From: Octopus sinensis
Taxonomy: Eukaryota
Length of the DNA stretch: 64,000 bases
NCBI RefSeq assembly: GCF_006345805.1
Contig: NC_043008.1
Location: 59,892,001 to 59,956,000, forward strand
Direction of reading: 5' to 3'
Shown here: one piece after another, positions 37,269 through 49,300 of the stretch
Position numbering within the stretch: position 1 is the first letter of the stretch
Layout of the letters: each line of letters begins with the position of its first letter
Made by a program: the position numbers and the translations under genes
Notes under the pieces: model-generated
What the model was told of the DNA's origin: nothing
The model's database searches: none
The model's input: the letters and a program-made list of their open reading frames with translations, nothing else

Positions 37269-37484
37269 CCGGAGTAAACACATAAATGTGAAACAAGGTG
37301 GAAAAAGAGTACTCAAATACCAGGGGTAGAGTAATATACCTTATTTAAAAGCAGCAGAAAATTCAACAAAACCTGTTACTCTGAGTTTCACATTCCTGTT
37401 CTAGCAAAAAAACTGTCCGACGAACGGGAACGTGAAACTCAGAGTAACAGGTTTTGTTGAATTTTCTGCTGCTTTTAAATAAAG
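37269..37484. mobile_element. Penelope-like terminal repeat as a fold-back (61-bp arms)
   Basis: 37341-37401 is the reverse complement of 37422-37482 with two CpG-type mismatches; flanked by (TA)n; same family as 62101-62470. Confidence 0.75.
37409..37455 (+). ncRNA. Type I hammerhead-like motif with CCGACGA core
   Basis: AAAACTGT CCGACGA ACG-ggaa-CGT GAAA CTC-a-GAG TA ACAG(G)TTTT. Confidence 0.6.
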
Positions 37485-37807
37485 TATATATATATATATA
37501 TATACATATTTTAAAATAGTGTACATTTAAACACGAAAGAAAACTACCCAGTTAAAAGGTGGTGATATTTATAACGAATATTCACCACCCTATATATGTA
37601 TCTTATATATATATATATATTACTCTTTTACTTGTTTCAGGTATGTGATTGTGGCCATGCTGGAGCACTGCCTTTAGTCGAGTAAATCAACCCCACAACT
37701 TATTTTTTGTAAGCCCAGTACTTATTCTATTGGTCTCTTTTGCCGAACTGCTAAGTTACGGGGGATGTAAACACACCAGTATTATTATTATTATTATTAT
37801 TATTATT

Positions 37808-38171
37808 GAGTGAGAGAGCAGTTCATGCCATCAAAGTGACACTGGGGTAAAATATACGAAGCCCAATATACCCATCATTACTACCCGTCTGATAAGGGTA
37901 CACCAGGCACATGCATCACAACCATATGTGCGTGACATGATGAACTCATATCAAGATAAACAGCACATGACCTTGCAGGTGGGGCCCAGTTAGAATTTTC
38001 TTCAGGTTGAGTAGCCCATCCCGCTCAAAAGGTCCCTGAATAAGGGTTGCTTAAGGATGTTGAATGACACACCCATGTTTCCAGAGGTGAATTATTCAAA
38101 CCCCAAAGAATCCCTCTCAACACATGGCTATGATGCTCCCCCACTACTTCTGCTCATGATCAGAGATGCAC
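37808..38171 (-). mobile_element. 364-bp non-coding interspersed element bounded by (TAA)n on both sides
   Basis: GC-richer island with sharp (TAT)n borders; a 25-nt exact piece recurs at 54205-54229. Confidence 0.6.
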
Positions 38172-38223
<52 letters not shown>

Positions 38224-39021
38224 TTCCTTTAACTGTAAACTGTGTAGTGTTATATTCTCCTTGATTTATTTCTTTTGACCAAAAATACGCCTTCCTGGAA
38301 CTTGTCATCATTCTTGTTTATTGAAGATACATGGCTGCAAATATCTGGGTTTGAAGTCTATTGATTGTTTTCTTTGAGTAAAGCATTGTCACTTTCCATA
38401 TTCTTAGATCTTTTGTCATTTTGATGAAATCTGTTTTCTCTCACGCCCATTTCATTTTGGTGTTTGGTATTCCTTCAGAAATTTTCTTTGTTCTTTTTTT
38501 AATATTTTTTTTTTACATTTGTGTGTTTGCATTTTTGTGGTTTTTTTTCATTAAAGATTGGAAGATAATTTTTCTTTAACAACCAAAACCATTCTGTGTT
38601 TTGATGATGCATATGCACGAGGGCATTGTGTGTTGGTATCCGCTTTCTTTTGTGACTGCTAAAGTTGCTGGCCAAATTAATATTGATTTATTTATTCAAG
38701 AAAATATTATTATTATTATTATTAAAATTAGAATTAAATGTATAATGACCATGATTCCTAAAGTTCACACAAAATCACGTATTTGTCAGAAAGGATGAGT
38801 ATAGACAGTAGAATCAAATCTTGTTTATGATTGATGTTTGTTTAAGTAATCAACCCAATGTCAAACCCTAATTGGGTATGAAATTAAATATTAAAGGGAT
38901 GAAAGTAAATACTTGACAGTATTTAACCAATGGTTTCTTTAGAATCTCTTTCAGAAATGAACCAATGAAAAAGACTCTTCTTGGTTGACTGTTCAGCTAG
39001 AAATTGTAACTGAAACTGGAA

Positions 39022-39605
39022 GGCAGTGAGCTGGCAGAAACATTAGTATGCTGGACGAAATGCTTAGCGGTATTTCGTCTGCCATTAGATTCTGAGTTCA
39101 AATTCCGCCGAGGTCGACTTTGCCTTTCGGGGACGATAAATAAAGTACCAGTTATGCACTGGGGTCGATATAATCGGCTTAATCCGTTTATCTGTCCTTG
39201 TTTGTCCTCTCCGTGTTTAGCCCCTTGTGGGTAGTAAAGAAATAGGTATTTCATCTGCCATTACATTTTGCGTTCAAAATCTGCTGAGGTCGACTTTGCC
39301 TTTCATCCTTTGGGGGGTCAATAAATAAAGTACCAGTTATGCACTGGGGTCGATATAATCGACTTAATATATGTGTGTGTTTATGTCTGTGTTTGTCCCC
39401 ACCACCATCGCTTGACAATTGATGTTGGTGTGTTTATGTTGCCATAACTTAGTGCTTTGGCAAAAGAGACTGGTAGGTTAAGTACTAGGCTTACAAAGAA
39501 TAATCTCTGGGGTCAATTTGTTCGACTAATACCATTTAAGGTGGTGCTCTAGCATGGCTGCAGTCATATGATTGAAACAAGTAGAGGAATAAAGGAATAA
39601 AAGAA
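39022..39605 (+). mobile_element. Chimeric SINE: B head + duplicated B unit + A tail
   Basis: GGTATTTCRTCTGCC...GAGGTCGACTTTGCCTTTC unit twice, then TGTTTGTCCCCACCACCATCGCTTGAC...CAGTCATATGATTGAAACAAG. Confidence 0.75.
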
Positions 39606-40444
39606 TGTGTATATATAGAGAATGATAAAAAAGAAGAATGGAAACGAGCAAGTCCTTTTATTACAACATTTTATAGTTTTTTCATCTGAATCCAATTTCA
39701 TGGATATTGCCATATTATGCAATAATATATACAACTATTGAATCAAGAGATGTCATTTTTAAGGACATGTACTGAGTTTGGCTCTTCAGTATTATGTTTA
39801 AAACTCATTGCATATGACATATATACATGTAGGAATGGCTGTGTGGTAAGTATTTTGCTTACGAACCACATGGTTCCGGGTTCAGTCCCACTGCATGGCA
39901 CCTTGGACAAGTATCTTCTACTATAGCCTTGAGCCAACATACAGACATACAGGCATATGTATGTGTTTTGTGCTCTGAATATATACTTTTCATTCTATAA
40001 AGAAAAATTACCACTCTGTCGGATACATGCTGTAGAGGTATTGACCAGAGGAAGCATTGATTGAATATTTAATATTAATGAAGGTAGAAATCAGGATACA
40101 GACTGCTTTTAATGATAGGATACAGAAATTATGATGTGCTTAAAATCTGATAAAAATTACATTTAGCATCATTAGAGAAAATTACAATATCCTTTCTGGA
40201 ATATATTGGTTCAGAAAGTAATCCAATGCTAATTCAGTGTTAAAATATATATTGAATTGGTAATCAATATTAATTTGTAAAACAAAAAAAAATTAAATAT
40301 ATTACATCAAGGATGAAATTAAAGAGACTTATAGACTTGTGTTGATAAATGGAAACGTGAACCAATTGGTAGTTGTCATCACCGTCGTCGTCGTCGTCAT
40401 TGTCATCATCATCATCTAATGTTCGTTTTCCATGGTCATCATCA

Positions 40445-40745
40445 TCCTTTTCAAGCCTAGCCAGGCTCATGGGCCAAGTTTCCTGGTTTCTGAGGCATAT
40501 GTGTTCCCCCCAGCTGGACGGGATGCCAGTCCATCATAGTGTTACTCAACAAACAGGAAGAGAGAGCGAGAGAAAGTTGTGGCGAAAGAGTACAATAGGG
40601 GTCGCCACCACCCTGTGTTGGAGCCTTGTGGAGCTTTTAGGTGTTTTCGCTCAATAAACACACACAACGCCCGGTCTGGGAATCAAAACCACGATCCTCC
40701 AACAGCGAGTCCACTGCCCTAGCCACTGGGCGATTGTGCCTCCAC
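40445..40745 (-). mobile_element. SINE family E
   Basis: Reverse complement of the 10415-10740 copy. Confidence 0.8.
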
Positions 40746-41264
40746 TGTTTTCCATGGTGGCATGAGTCAAATGCTTTACCATGGAGCTGACAAGCCAGGG
40801 GACTGTACCAAACTCCAATACCTGCGTTGGTGGGGTTTCTGTGGCTGAATGCCCTTTGTAATACTAACCACTTCACAGAACGTACTGGGTGCTGTGTACA
40901 TGGCATTGGCAGTAGTGTGGTCCCTAAATAACTTGTAAGGCAATACTCCCTCAACTGAAAGTGGGGTGTAGTATTGTGGGAGATGGTTTTATCCTCCAGT
41001 TCATAGGCTAAAGATTATCTTCAAATTTGTGAACCACAGAATGTGATCTCAATCTCTAAATGGAACTGTTTCAGTTTTAGCATGTTATTTTTTTATTTTC
41101 TTTACAAGTTCAACCTGAGAACTGTGGCCATGCTGCAGCACCATTATTTATTAATTTCTTTAAAACCCAGGTGAACATCGAGGGAAGATTAGCTTCTTTT
41201 GTTATAACATCTCCGACTTTGTTTTAATCACTCTAAAATCTATGATATTAAACAAAGGCGTTGG

Positions 41265-41690
41265 AGTGGTTGGGTGGTAAGTAGCTTGCTTATGAACCAC
41301 ATGGTTCTGGGTTCAGTCCCCCTGCACGCTACCTTGGGCAAGTGTCTTCTACTATAGCCTCAGGCCAACCAAAGCCTTGTGAGTAGATTTGGTAGATGGA
41401 AACTGAAAGAAGCCTGTCGTATATATGTATATATATATATATATATGTGTGTATGTGTGTGTGTATATATGTTTGTGTATCTGTATTTGTCCCCCCCAAC
41501 ATCGCTTGACAACCGATGCTGGTGTGTTTACGTCGCCGTAACTTAGCGGTTTGGAAAAACAGACCAATAGAATAAGTACTAGGCTTACAAAGAATAAGTC
41601 CTGGGGTCGATTGCTCGAGTAAAGGCGGTGCTCCAGCATGGCCACAGTCAAATGATTGAAACAAGTTAGAGAGTAAAAAAAAGAGTAAAA
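41265..41690 (+). mobile_element. SINE family A, full length
   Basis: Head to AAGGCGGTGCTCCAGCATGGCCACAGTCAAATGATTGAAAC tail. Confidence 0.9.
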
Positions 41691-42513
41691 TTGTAACATA
41701 TCTTTAATAATAATGGATAACTTTATGAACCAATATCACTTTTTTTAAAAAAACATACATATAATAGATACACGTTTGAATGTGATATTTCAATCTGGAA
41801 TAATCCAGATTGAAATAGCTATAAATATTTTACAAATATTCACAGAAGCATATGCATACAGATGTATGACTGTGGTGTGTGTGTGTGTGTGTGTGTGCAT
41901 GCGTGCGCACATGTGTATCTCTGCAGACATCATCATGGTACTCATCCTAAACATCTTTCTGCCCATGATCAACATATTCATTATTGTTGTTTTAATGTCT
42001 ATTTTTCCACATTTGCGATGGGTTTTATAAAGGTGTATTGAGGTGAATCTTCTATGGTTGGATGGCCCTCCTGTCACTAACCCTTATCTCTTTCTAAGTA
42101 AGATAATATTTCTACATGACAAGGTGTGTCTTCATAGAATTTTTGAAGTGAAGGCCACTGCACATGTAATGATGACACTGATTTATAACAATAGGCAGGG
42201 ATACAGCAGAAGATATTTATCCCGGTGTCACACAGTGTCATTGAACCTGGAGTAATATAGCTGAGATACAAAATTCCTACCAAAATATGTTAATGAGAAT
42301 TATATATACATATTTTACACACATTCATGCACAAACAATATATACACACATACATACATACATACATACATACATACATACATACATACATACATACATG
42401 CATGCATGCATACATATATATTATACATAGATACAAATATACATACATGTATAAATACATACATATAAATATATACATATATATACATACAAATATATAC
42501 GATATATATATAC

Positions 42514-42596
<83 letters not shown>

Positions 42597-42693
42597 TTAT
42601 ATATACATATATACACACATATATCTACATACATATATATATAAATAGGCATATACATAGATATACATACATATATACATACATATATATATT

Positions 42694-43771
42694 ATAAATT
42701 CGACCAAGCAGTATTCGGTATGTAAAGACCATTTACGGTATATTTGAAGTATTAATTTATAAAAAATATGGTAAAGTAAAAGAATTCACTTTACCACACA
42801 CCGAACTTTTCAGAAATAGCAGCCAAAAATTTGGCTATTTCTTCAACTGCAAATAAAAGTCTCCAGACAATGCATACTCAGAAAAATAACTCACATAGGT
42901 ATAAGGGAAAAACAATGAAAGATCACATCCATATACGATACCGAGGACAGTCTGTTTCTGGATTTGTGGGTAAAACGCCACTTTTCCTTCATCAGGTGGC
43001 GTTTTACCCACAAATCCAGAAACAGACTGTCCTCGGTTATCGTATATGGATGTGATCTTTCATTGTTTTCCCTTATACCTATGTGAGTTATTTTCTGAGT
43101 ATGCATTGTCTGGAGACTTTTATTTGCAGTTGAAGAAGAAATGCCAAATTTTTGGCTTGCTATTTCTGAAAAGTTCGGTGTGTGGTAAAGTGAATTCTTT
43201 TACTTTACCATATTTTTATAAATTAATACTTCAAATATACCGTAAATGGTCTTTACATACGAATACTGCTTGGTCGAATTTATTAACAATAATTAATTCG
43301 ACCCCTTTTTTGATAACAATATAATGCCTTCTCTCCAAGAATTTGAACTGCAGTTTTTACCTCTGTAGAAAGTAATGCTCTATCTCACGTGGGGGGACAG
43401 GGAGATAATGATCTCATTCGTATTTTTGGATTCGCTAGTATGGGTGTCTGGCATGGTTTGTCCGATGTTACAGATATCGGACGGGTATGTTTGATTCTTA
43501 GTATTTTCAAATCTAAATCAGAAGAAATCTCTGAGCTGATGAAGGAAAAGTGGCGTTTTACCCACAAATCCAGAAACAGACTGTCCTCGGGTATCGTATA
43601 TGGATGTGATCTTTCATTGTTTTCCCTTATACCTATGTGAGTTATTTTCTGAGTATGCATTGTCTGGAGACTTTTATTTGCAGTTGAAGAAATAGCCAAA
43701 TTTTTGGCTGCTATTTCTGAAAAGTTCGGTGTGTGGTAAAGTGAATTCTTTTACTTTACCATATTTTTATA
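42694..43771 (+). mobile_element. Non-autonomous Penelope-like/retrozyme-like element: inverted pLTR + pLTR + ~250 bp internal + pLTR
   Basis: 288-bp arms 42694-42981 / 42996-43283 form a palindrome; a third direct copy lies at 43536-43771; repeat period 554 bp (42996 vs 43550); (TA)n flanks; no RT ORF. Confidence 0.8.
43530..43591 (+). ncRNA. Type I hammerhead ribozyme, canonical core
   Basis: TCTGAG CTGATGA A GGA aaa GTGG cgttttac CCAC aaa TCC A GAAA CAG-a-CTG TC CTCGGG; predicted cleavage after C43585. Confidence 0.8.
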
Positions 43772-43805
43772 ATATATATATATATATATATATATTATTA
43801 TATAT

Positions 43806-43836
<31 letters not shown>

Positions 43837-44111
43837 CACACAACACATATATATATATATATAAATATACTAGTATAATATATGACACGCTTTTTTTCAT
43901 TTCTTTCTACCCAATCCACTCACAAGGCTTTGGTTAACCTTGAAGCTATAGTAGAAAACACCAGTGCAAGGTGCCACACAGTAATGCCAGCACAGGTCCC
44001 ACAAAAGGTTCCAGTACAGGTGGCACACAGTGGGACTGAACCCAGAACCATATGGTTGGGAAGCAAGCTTCTTACCACCACACAACATGCCTGCACATAC
44101 ACACACATTAT

Positions 44112-44152
<41 letters not shown>

Positions 44153-44595
44153 CTATATTCTTTTATTTGTTTCACTCATTTGACAGCAGCCATGCTGGAG
44201 CACTGCCATCTTCATTTCATGCATATACATCTGCCTGGTAAATTATATTAGTTTCTTAACATATTCAACTGAACCCATGAGTTCTAATTCACTGTGAATA
44301 TTTTGAAGAGATTCCATGGCAGTTAATGCTATATTACCTTTGTTCACTTACCTGTAAACAATCAGTATCAATATAAGAAAAGACAGTTAATTGTGATTGT
44401 CCATCATCTTAAATTACGGAAGATTTGTCTCTCATCCATAAAATATTTACAGAACTTGAGCTTACACATCAAACCAATGGACTCACGTGACTGTCATAGA
44501 ATTTGTTGGTTTTGTGTAGATTTTACATTTTTTGTCTATTTGTTTATTTCTCTTGCATGTTGTCTTCTCCTTTATCTATCTATCTATCTTTCTAA

Positions 44596-44647
<52 letters not shown>

Positions 44648-44665
44648 TTAATTATCTATCTATTG

Positions 44666-44705
<40 letters not shown>

Positions 44706-44760
44706 TTTCCCTGTAAGTTTGGATTTATTCCCTAATATTATTATTATTATATATAATATA

Positions 44761-44801
<41 letters not shown>

Positions 44802-44950
44802 ACAAAGTGAAGTTGTAAGATACTGCACGAGTGGAAATATATATGAAAGAAGGTCTGAAAATGCAATTTTAAAAGGTGTATTGCATTTTCAAACCTTCTT
44901 TCATATATATATATACACGTGTACTTATAAATACATACATATAGAATTGT

Positions 44951-45228
44951 CAGATGGATTCAAATGAAACTTTCAGAGATGTTTGGCCTCGTGACTGGCA
45001 CAAACGGATTAGATTTTGGGATCGATCCAGTACTGGATAAGGATTCTGAATTATTTTTCCAGTTTTTTAACTTAATTTTTGAGAGTGGTCAGGCTTATTT
45101 TTAGTATTCTCGTTTGTAAGAGCAGTCAAGTTTATTTCAGATATTCTCATTTTAAAAATCCTCTCCTGGTTAATTGTTGAGGGAACATTGGTGTTACCTT
45201 GGCAGAGGTTTGTGCCCTCTGAGTGCTC

Positions 45229-45229
<1 letters not shown>
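44951..45229 (+). mobile_element. 3' part of a non-autonomous Helentron/HINE-like element
   Basis: GATGGATT..AATGAAACTTTCAG...GATTAGATTTTGGGATCGATCC internal motifs and a CCTTGGCAGAGGTTTGTGCCCTCTGAGTGCTCT 3' end typical of this class. Confidence 0.6.
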
Positions 45230-45260
<31 letters not shown>

Positions 45261-45266
45261 AATATA

Positions 45267-45442
45267 TAGGTGCAGGCATGGCTGTGTGGTAAGAAACTTG
45301 CTTCCCAACCATATGGTTCTGGGTACAGTCCCACAACATAGCACCATGAGCAAGTGTCTTCTACTATAGCCTCAGGCCGATCAAAGCCTTGTGAGTGGAT
45401 TTGATAGATGGAAACATAAAGAAGCCTGTCATATATGTATAT

Positions 45443-45485
<43 letters not shown>

Positions 45486-45700
45486 TAATGTGTGTGTTTG
45501 TGTCTGTGTTTGTCACCCCCACCATGGCTTGACAACTGATGTTGTTGTGTTTTTGTCCCCATACCTTAGTGATTCAGCAGAAGAGAATGGGAGAATAAGC
45601 ACCAGGCTTACAAAGAATAAGTCCAGGAGTCAATTTCTTTGACTATAAGGAAGTGCTCCAGCATGCCCACAGTCAAATGACTGAAACAAGTAAAAGAGTC
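45267..45700 (+). mobile_element. SINE family A, full length
   Basis: AGGTGCAGGCATGGCTGTGTGG head to GAAACAAGTAAAAGAG tail. Confidence 0.88.
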
Positions 45701-46243
45701 GAAGATATATACACACACTCATATATAAGTGCGTGTATGCATGTGTAAGGTGAAATATGAAAATATATTCAGGTATGCAAGAAAGCTTCATTGTAGAGTT
45801 AACATCATGTCAAAAGATATTTAAATATCTATATATCTGTAACAAGGCATGATATAATACCCAATGAGGTATTTCACTTTAGTTCTGTGCTAGATATGAA
45901 TGCATTGAGTTATGAATATATCTAGGCAGCAACAGAGACCTTGATCAGTAATAGTTCTGGAGAATAATAAAATTGTGAGAAATGGAAAAATGTATAGATA
46001 TATTTATATAAATGTATATAAATCTATAAAAATTATTAATCTGTAAAATTTTCACAATAAATTATTCAATCTATCTATTTTTCTCACTGTCATTGCACCA
46101 ATAATTCTGTCAGGATGACAGGATGATAGTAAAAGAAAAATATACACATATGTATATATGTAAGCATGTGAGTAAGTGTATGTATGTATGTGTTATTCAA
46201 GGAATGAATGTGAGTATGAATGTATGTATAATTTATTGACAAA

Positions 46244-46570
46244 TCATCATCATCATCATAAACATTTAATGTCCACTTTCCATGCTAGCATGGGTTGGAT
46301 GATTTGACTGAGGACTGGCGAACCAGATGGCGGCACCAGGATCCAATCTGATCTGGCAGAGTTTCTACAGCTGGATGCCTTTCCTAATGCCAACCACTTC
46401 GAGAGTGTAGTGGGTGTTTTTATGTGCCACCAGCACGAGGGCCAGTCAGGCGGTACTGACAATGGCCACATTTAAATGGTGTTTTTTATGTGCCACCTGC
46501 ACAGAAGCAGTGTCCAGTGACACTGGCAACGACGTTGCTCAAATGTTTTTTCATGTGCCACAAGCACAAT
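46244..46570 (-). mobile_element. Family C copy
   Basis: (CAT)n...TTTCCATGCTAGCATGGGTTGG...GGATGCCTTTCCTAATGCCAACC with three diverged ATGTGCCAC units. Confidence 0.8.
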
Positions 46571-46997
46571 TGCTCCAGCAAGGCTACAGTCAACTGACTG
46601 AAACAAGTAAAAGAGTAAAAGAGCAATGGTGAAATTTGAAATAGATAAGGTAATGAATATTAGGATGTAAATAATGGGTTAAAAATATTTTGGACAGAAA
46701 AATGGTTGTCCATTCAGGGTATTCTAACTTAGTATTTACATGCTATTATTTTTTATAGCTTTATCTGCTTCAAGTGTCACCAATCCAGAAAAGAATTATT
46801 TCACATTCTTGTGCACAGGCATGTATGTAAAAATGTAATTATAAGAACATTTCATATTGACAACTTTAAATCTCATTATATCCAAGATTACATTATTTGA
46901 TATACCATTTCCTCATTAATGCAATGCTATGTGATTTGAGAGAATGATTTAGATGCTATTTACAGCACATCGACTGACCATGAACATGTTCTCTCAT

Positions 46998-47395
46998 TAC
47001 TCTTCTTTTACTTGTTTCAGTCATTTGACTGTGGCCATGCTGGAGCACCGCCTTTAGTCAAGCAAATCGACCCTGGGACTTATTCTTTCTAAGCCTAGTA
47101 CTTATTCTATCGGTCTCTTTAGCTGAACCGCTAAGTTATGGGGACATAAACACACCAGCATTGGTTGTCAAGTGATGTTGGGGAGATAAACACAGACGCA
47201 CAAGCACACACACATCATATATATACATATATACGACGAGCTTCTTTCAGTTTCTGTCTACCAAATCCACTCACAAGGCTCTGGTCAGCCCGGGGTTATA
47301 GTAGAAGACACTTGCCCAAGGTGCCACACAGTGGGACTGAACCCAGAACCATGTGTTTGGGTAGTAAGCTACTTACCACATAGCCACTCCTGTGC
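46998..47395 (-). mobile_element. SINE family A, full length
   Basis: Tail-to-head match to the other A copies. Confidence 0.9.
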
Positions 47396-48267
47396 ATTTC
47401 ATTAGCACATTTCGTATTTTAAATCCCAGTTCAGTCTTAAGTAAATCTGTACAGAAAATCATTCCTGTTATCTTAATACTGCACCGTTTCAAGGACAGTG
47501 CAGCTTGACAGATGTTTGAAACACATGACTTTTATGTAACCCTTTAACTTCAAAATAAAATTTCATGGTTCCTTTAATGACGTTAAATTTCTATCAAAGA
47601 ATAGAATTGGTATTTTCTGCAAGTCGTGTTGCCTTAATAAATGTGACATATCTCAACAAAAATTAGTTTCCAACATGACATTTCTCAACGAAGGATTGAT
47701 TGGCATTTAAAGCTGCTTTCTGCAGTTAAGGATAATAAAAGTTTGAGTGGATATATCTGATTTCCACAGTAAAAGGCTTAAAAAGCATTTAGCTGTTAAT
47801 TCTAGTCCTCAATAACTGCATAGGGGTTCTCATGCAAATATTGACAATGTACACTACCATATTTCCTGTTTTCTTTGGCTATACCGAAATGCCAGCTAAA
47901 CCAATCATTACCTAATACAATAATCTCTTTGCTTATAAATAATAAGAAACAAAAACATGATTATCAAAATACTGGAATTGCTAAGTCTTCATATCCTGGA
48001 ATGTCTTTTAGAAATTTAATTGGCTTCTGGATCAGTAAACCAATGGAGAAAATGCTTTGTATCATTCAAAACATGTTTTTAAATTCCAAGTTTAAAACTT
48101 GCTGGCAGTAATTTTGCTGTCATTATTCTTTGTTGATTTCTTCCAACTCTTTACATTCTGTGTTCAAATCCCTCCAAGACTACCCTTGCCTTTTATCCTT
48201 TTGTGGTCAATAAAGTAATATACTGGGAAAGCATGGGATCAAATGCAATGACTTGATTCCACACCAT

Positions 48268-48675
48268 GCAGTCATTTGGCTGCGGCCATGCTGGAGCACT
48301 GCCTTTAGTCGAAACAAATCGATCCCAGGACTTATTTTTTGTAAGCCTAGTACTTATTCTATTGGTCTCTTTTGCAGAGCCGCTAAGTTACGGGGACGCA
48401 AACACACCAGCATCGGTTGTTAAGCATTGTTGAGGGGCCAAACACAGATACACATACATATATACATATATATATATAATATATATATATATAATATATA
48501 TATATACACACATATATACGATGTGCTTCTTTCAGTTTCTGTCTACTAAATCCCCTCACAAGGCTTTGGTCGGCCTGAGGCTATAGTAGAAGACACTTTT
48601 TCAAGGTGCCATGCAGTGGGACTGAACCCGGAACCGTGTGGTTTGTAAGCAAGCTATTTACCACGCAGCCACTCC
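48268..48675 (-). mobile_element. SINE family A (extreme tail missing), abutting a decayed B copy
   Basis: GCAGTCATTTGGCTGCGGCCATGC to CCACGCAGCCACTCC. Confidence 0.85.
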
Positions 48676-49084
48676 ACTTTCTGCTGATATTTCATGAGTA
48701 AAAGTCCACATTTCCAGGAGCAGTTTCTTTGTTTTACATGCTACACGTTAATCCGATGTCAACCATGACATTTCAATGTAGTTAGGTCCATAAACTCTCA
48801 AAAGAATGATGTTCTCACCAAGAGAGATATTTTCTCTTTCATATTTAACACTGAGGAAATTTCAGTTGACATTTGAGAGATTTGTGATTAAATTTATTTA
48901 ACTAAATACGGCTGTAATAGCGTTAATTGAGTTGCAGGCTTGTTTTGAAGGAATTATAGCTAGTGCATTAATTTATGCTTCCCATTTGCTTCACTGCTGT
49001 GAATTCCAGGTAATAGGAGTTATAATTAAGGTAAATTATGTTCTTATGTTGTTACTTTTGCTCTTGCTTCTTGTAATCAACATC

Positions 49085-49300
49085 ATCATTACCACCACCA
49101 CCACCACCACCACCACCACCACTACCACTACCACTACCACTGCCACCACCACCACCACCACCACCACAACTACCACAACTACCACCCCCACCACCGCCAC
49201 CACCGCCACCATCACCACTGCCCACCACACCACCACCATCATCATCACTGCCACCACCACCACCACTACCACCACCACCGCTGCTGCCGCGGCCACCACA
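49085..49300. repeat. (ACC)n-type trinucleotide tract
   Basis: Degenerate CACCAC/ACT/GCC triplets. Confidence 0.9.

Noticed and set aside
38223-38600. Coding remnant between (TAT)n tracts
   Set aside because: Short open stretches with stops in all frames; no motif I could assign.
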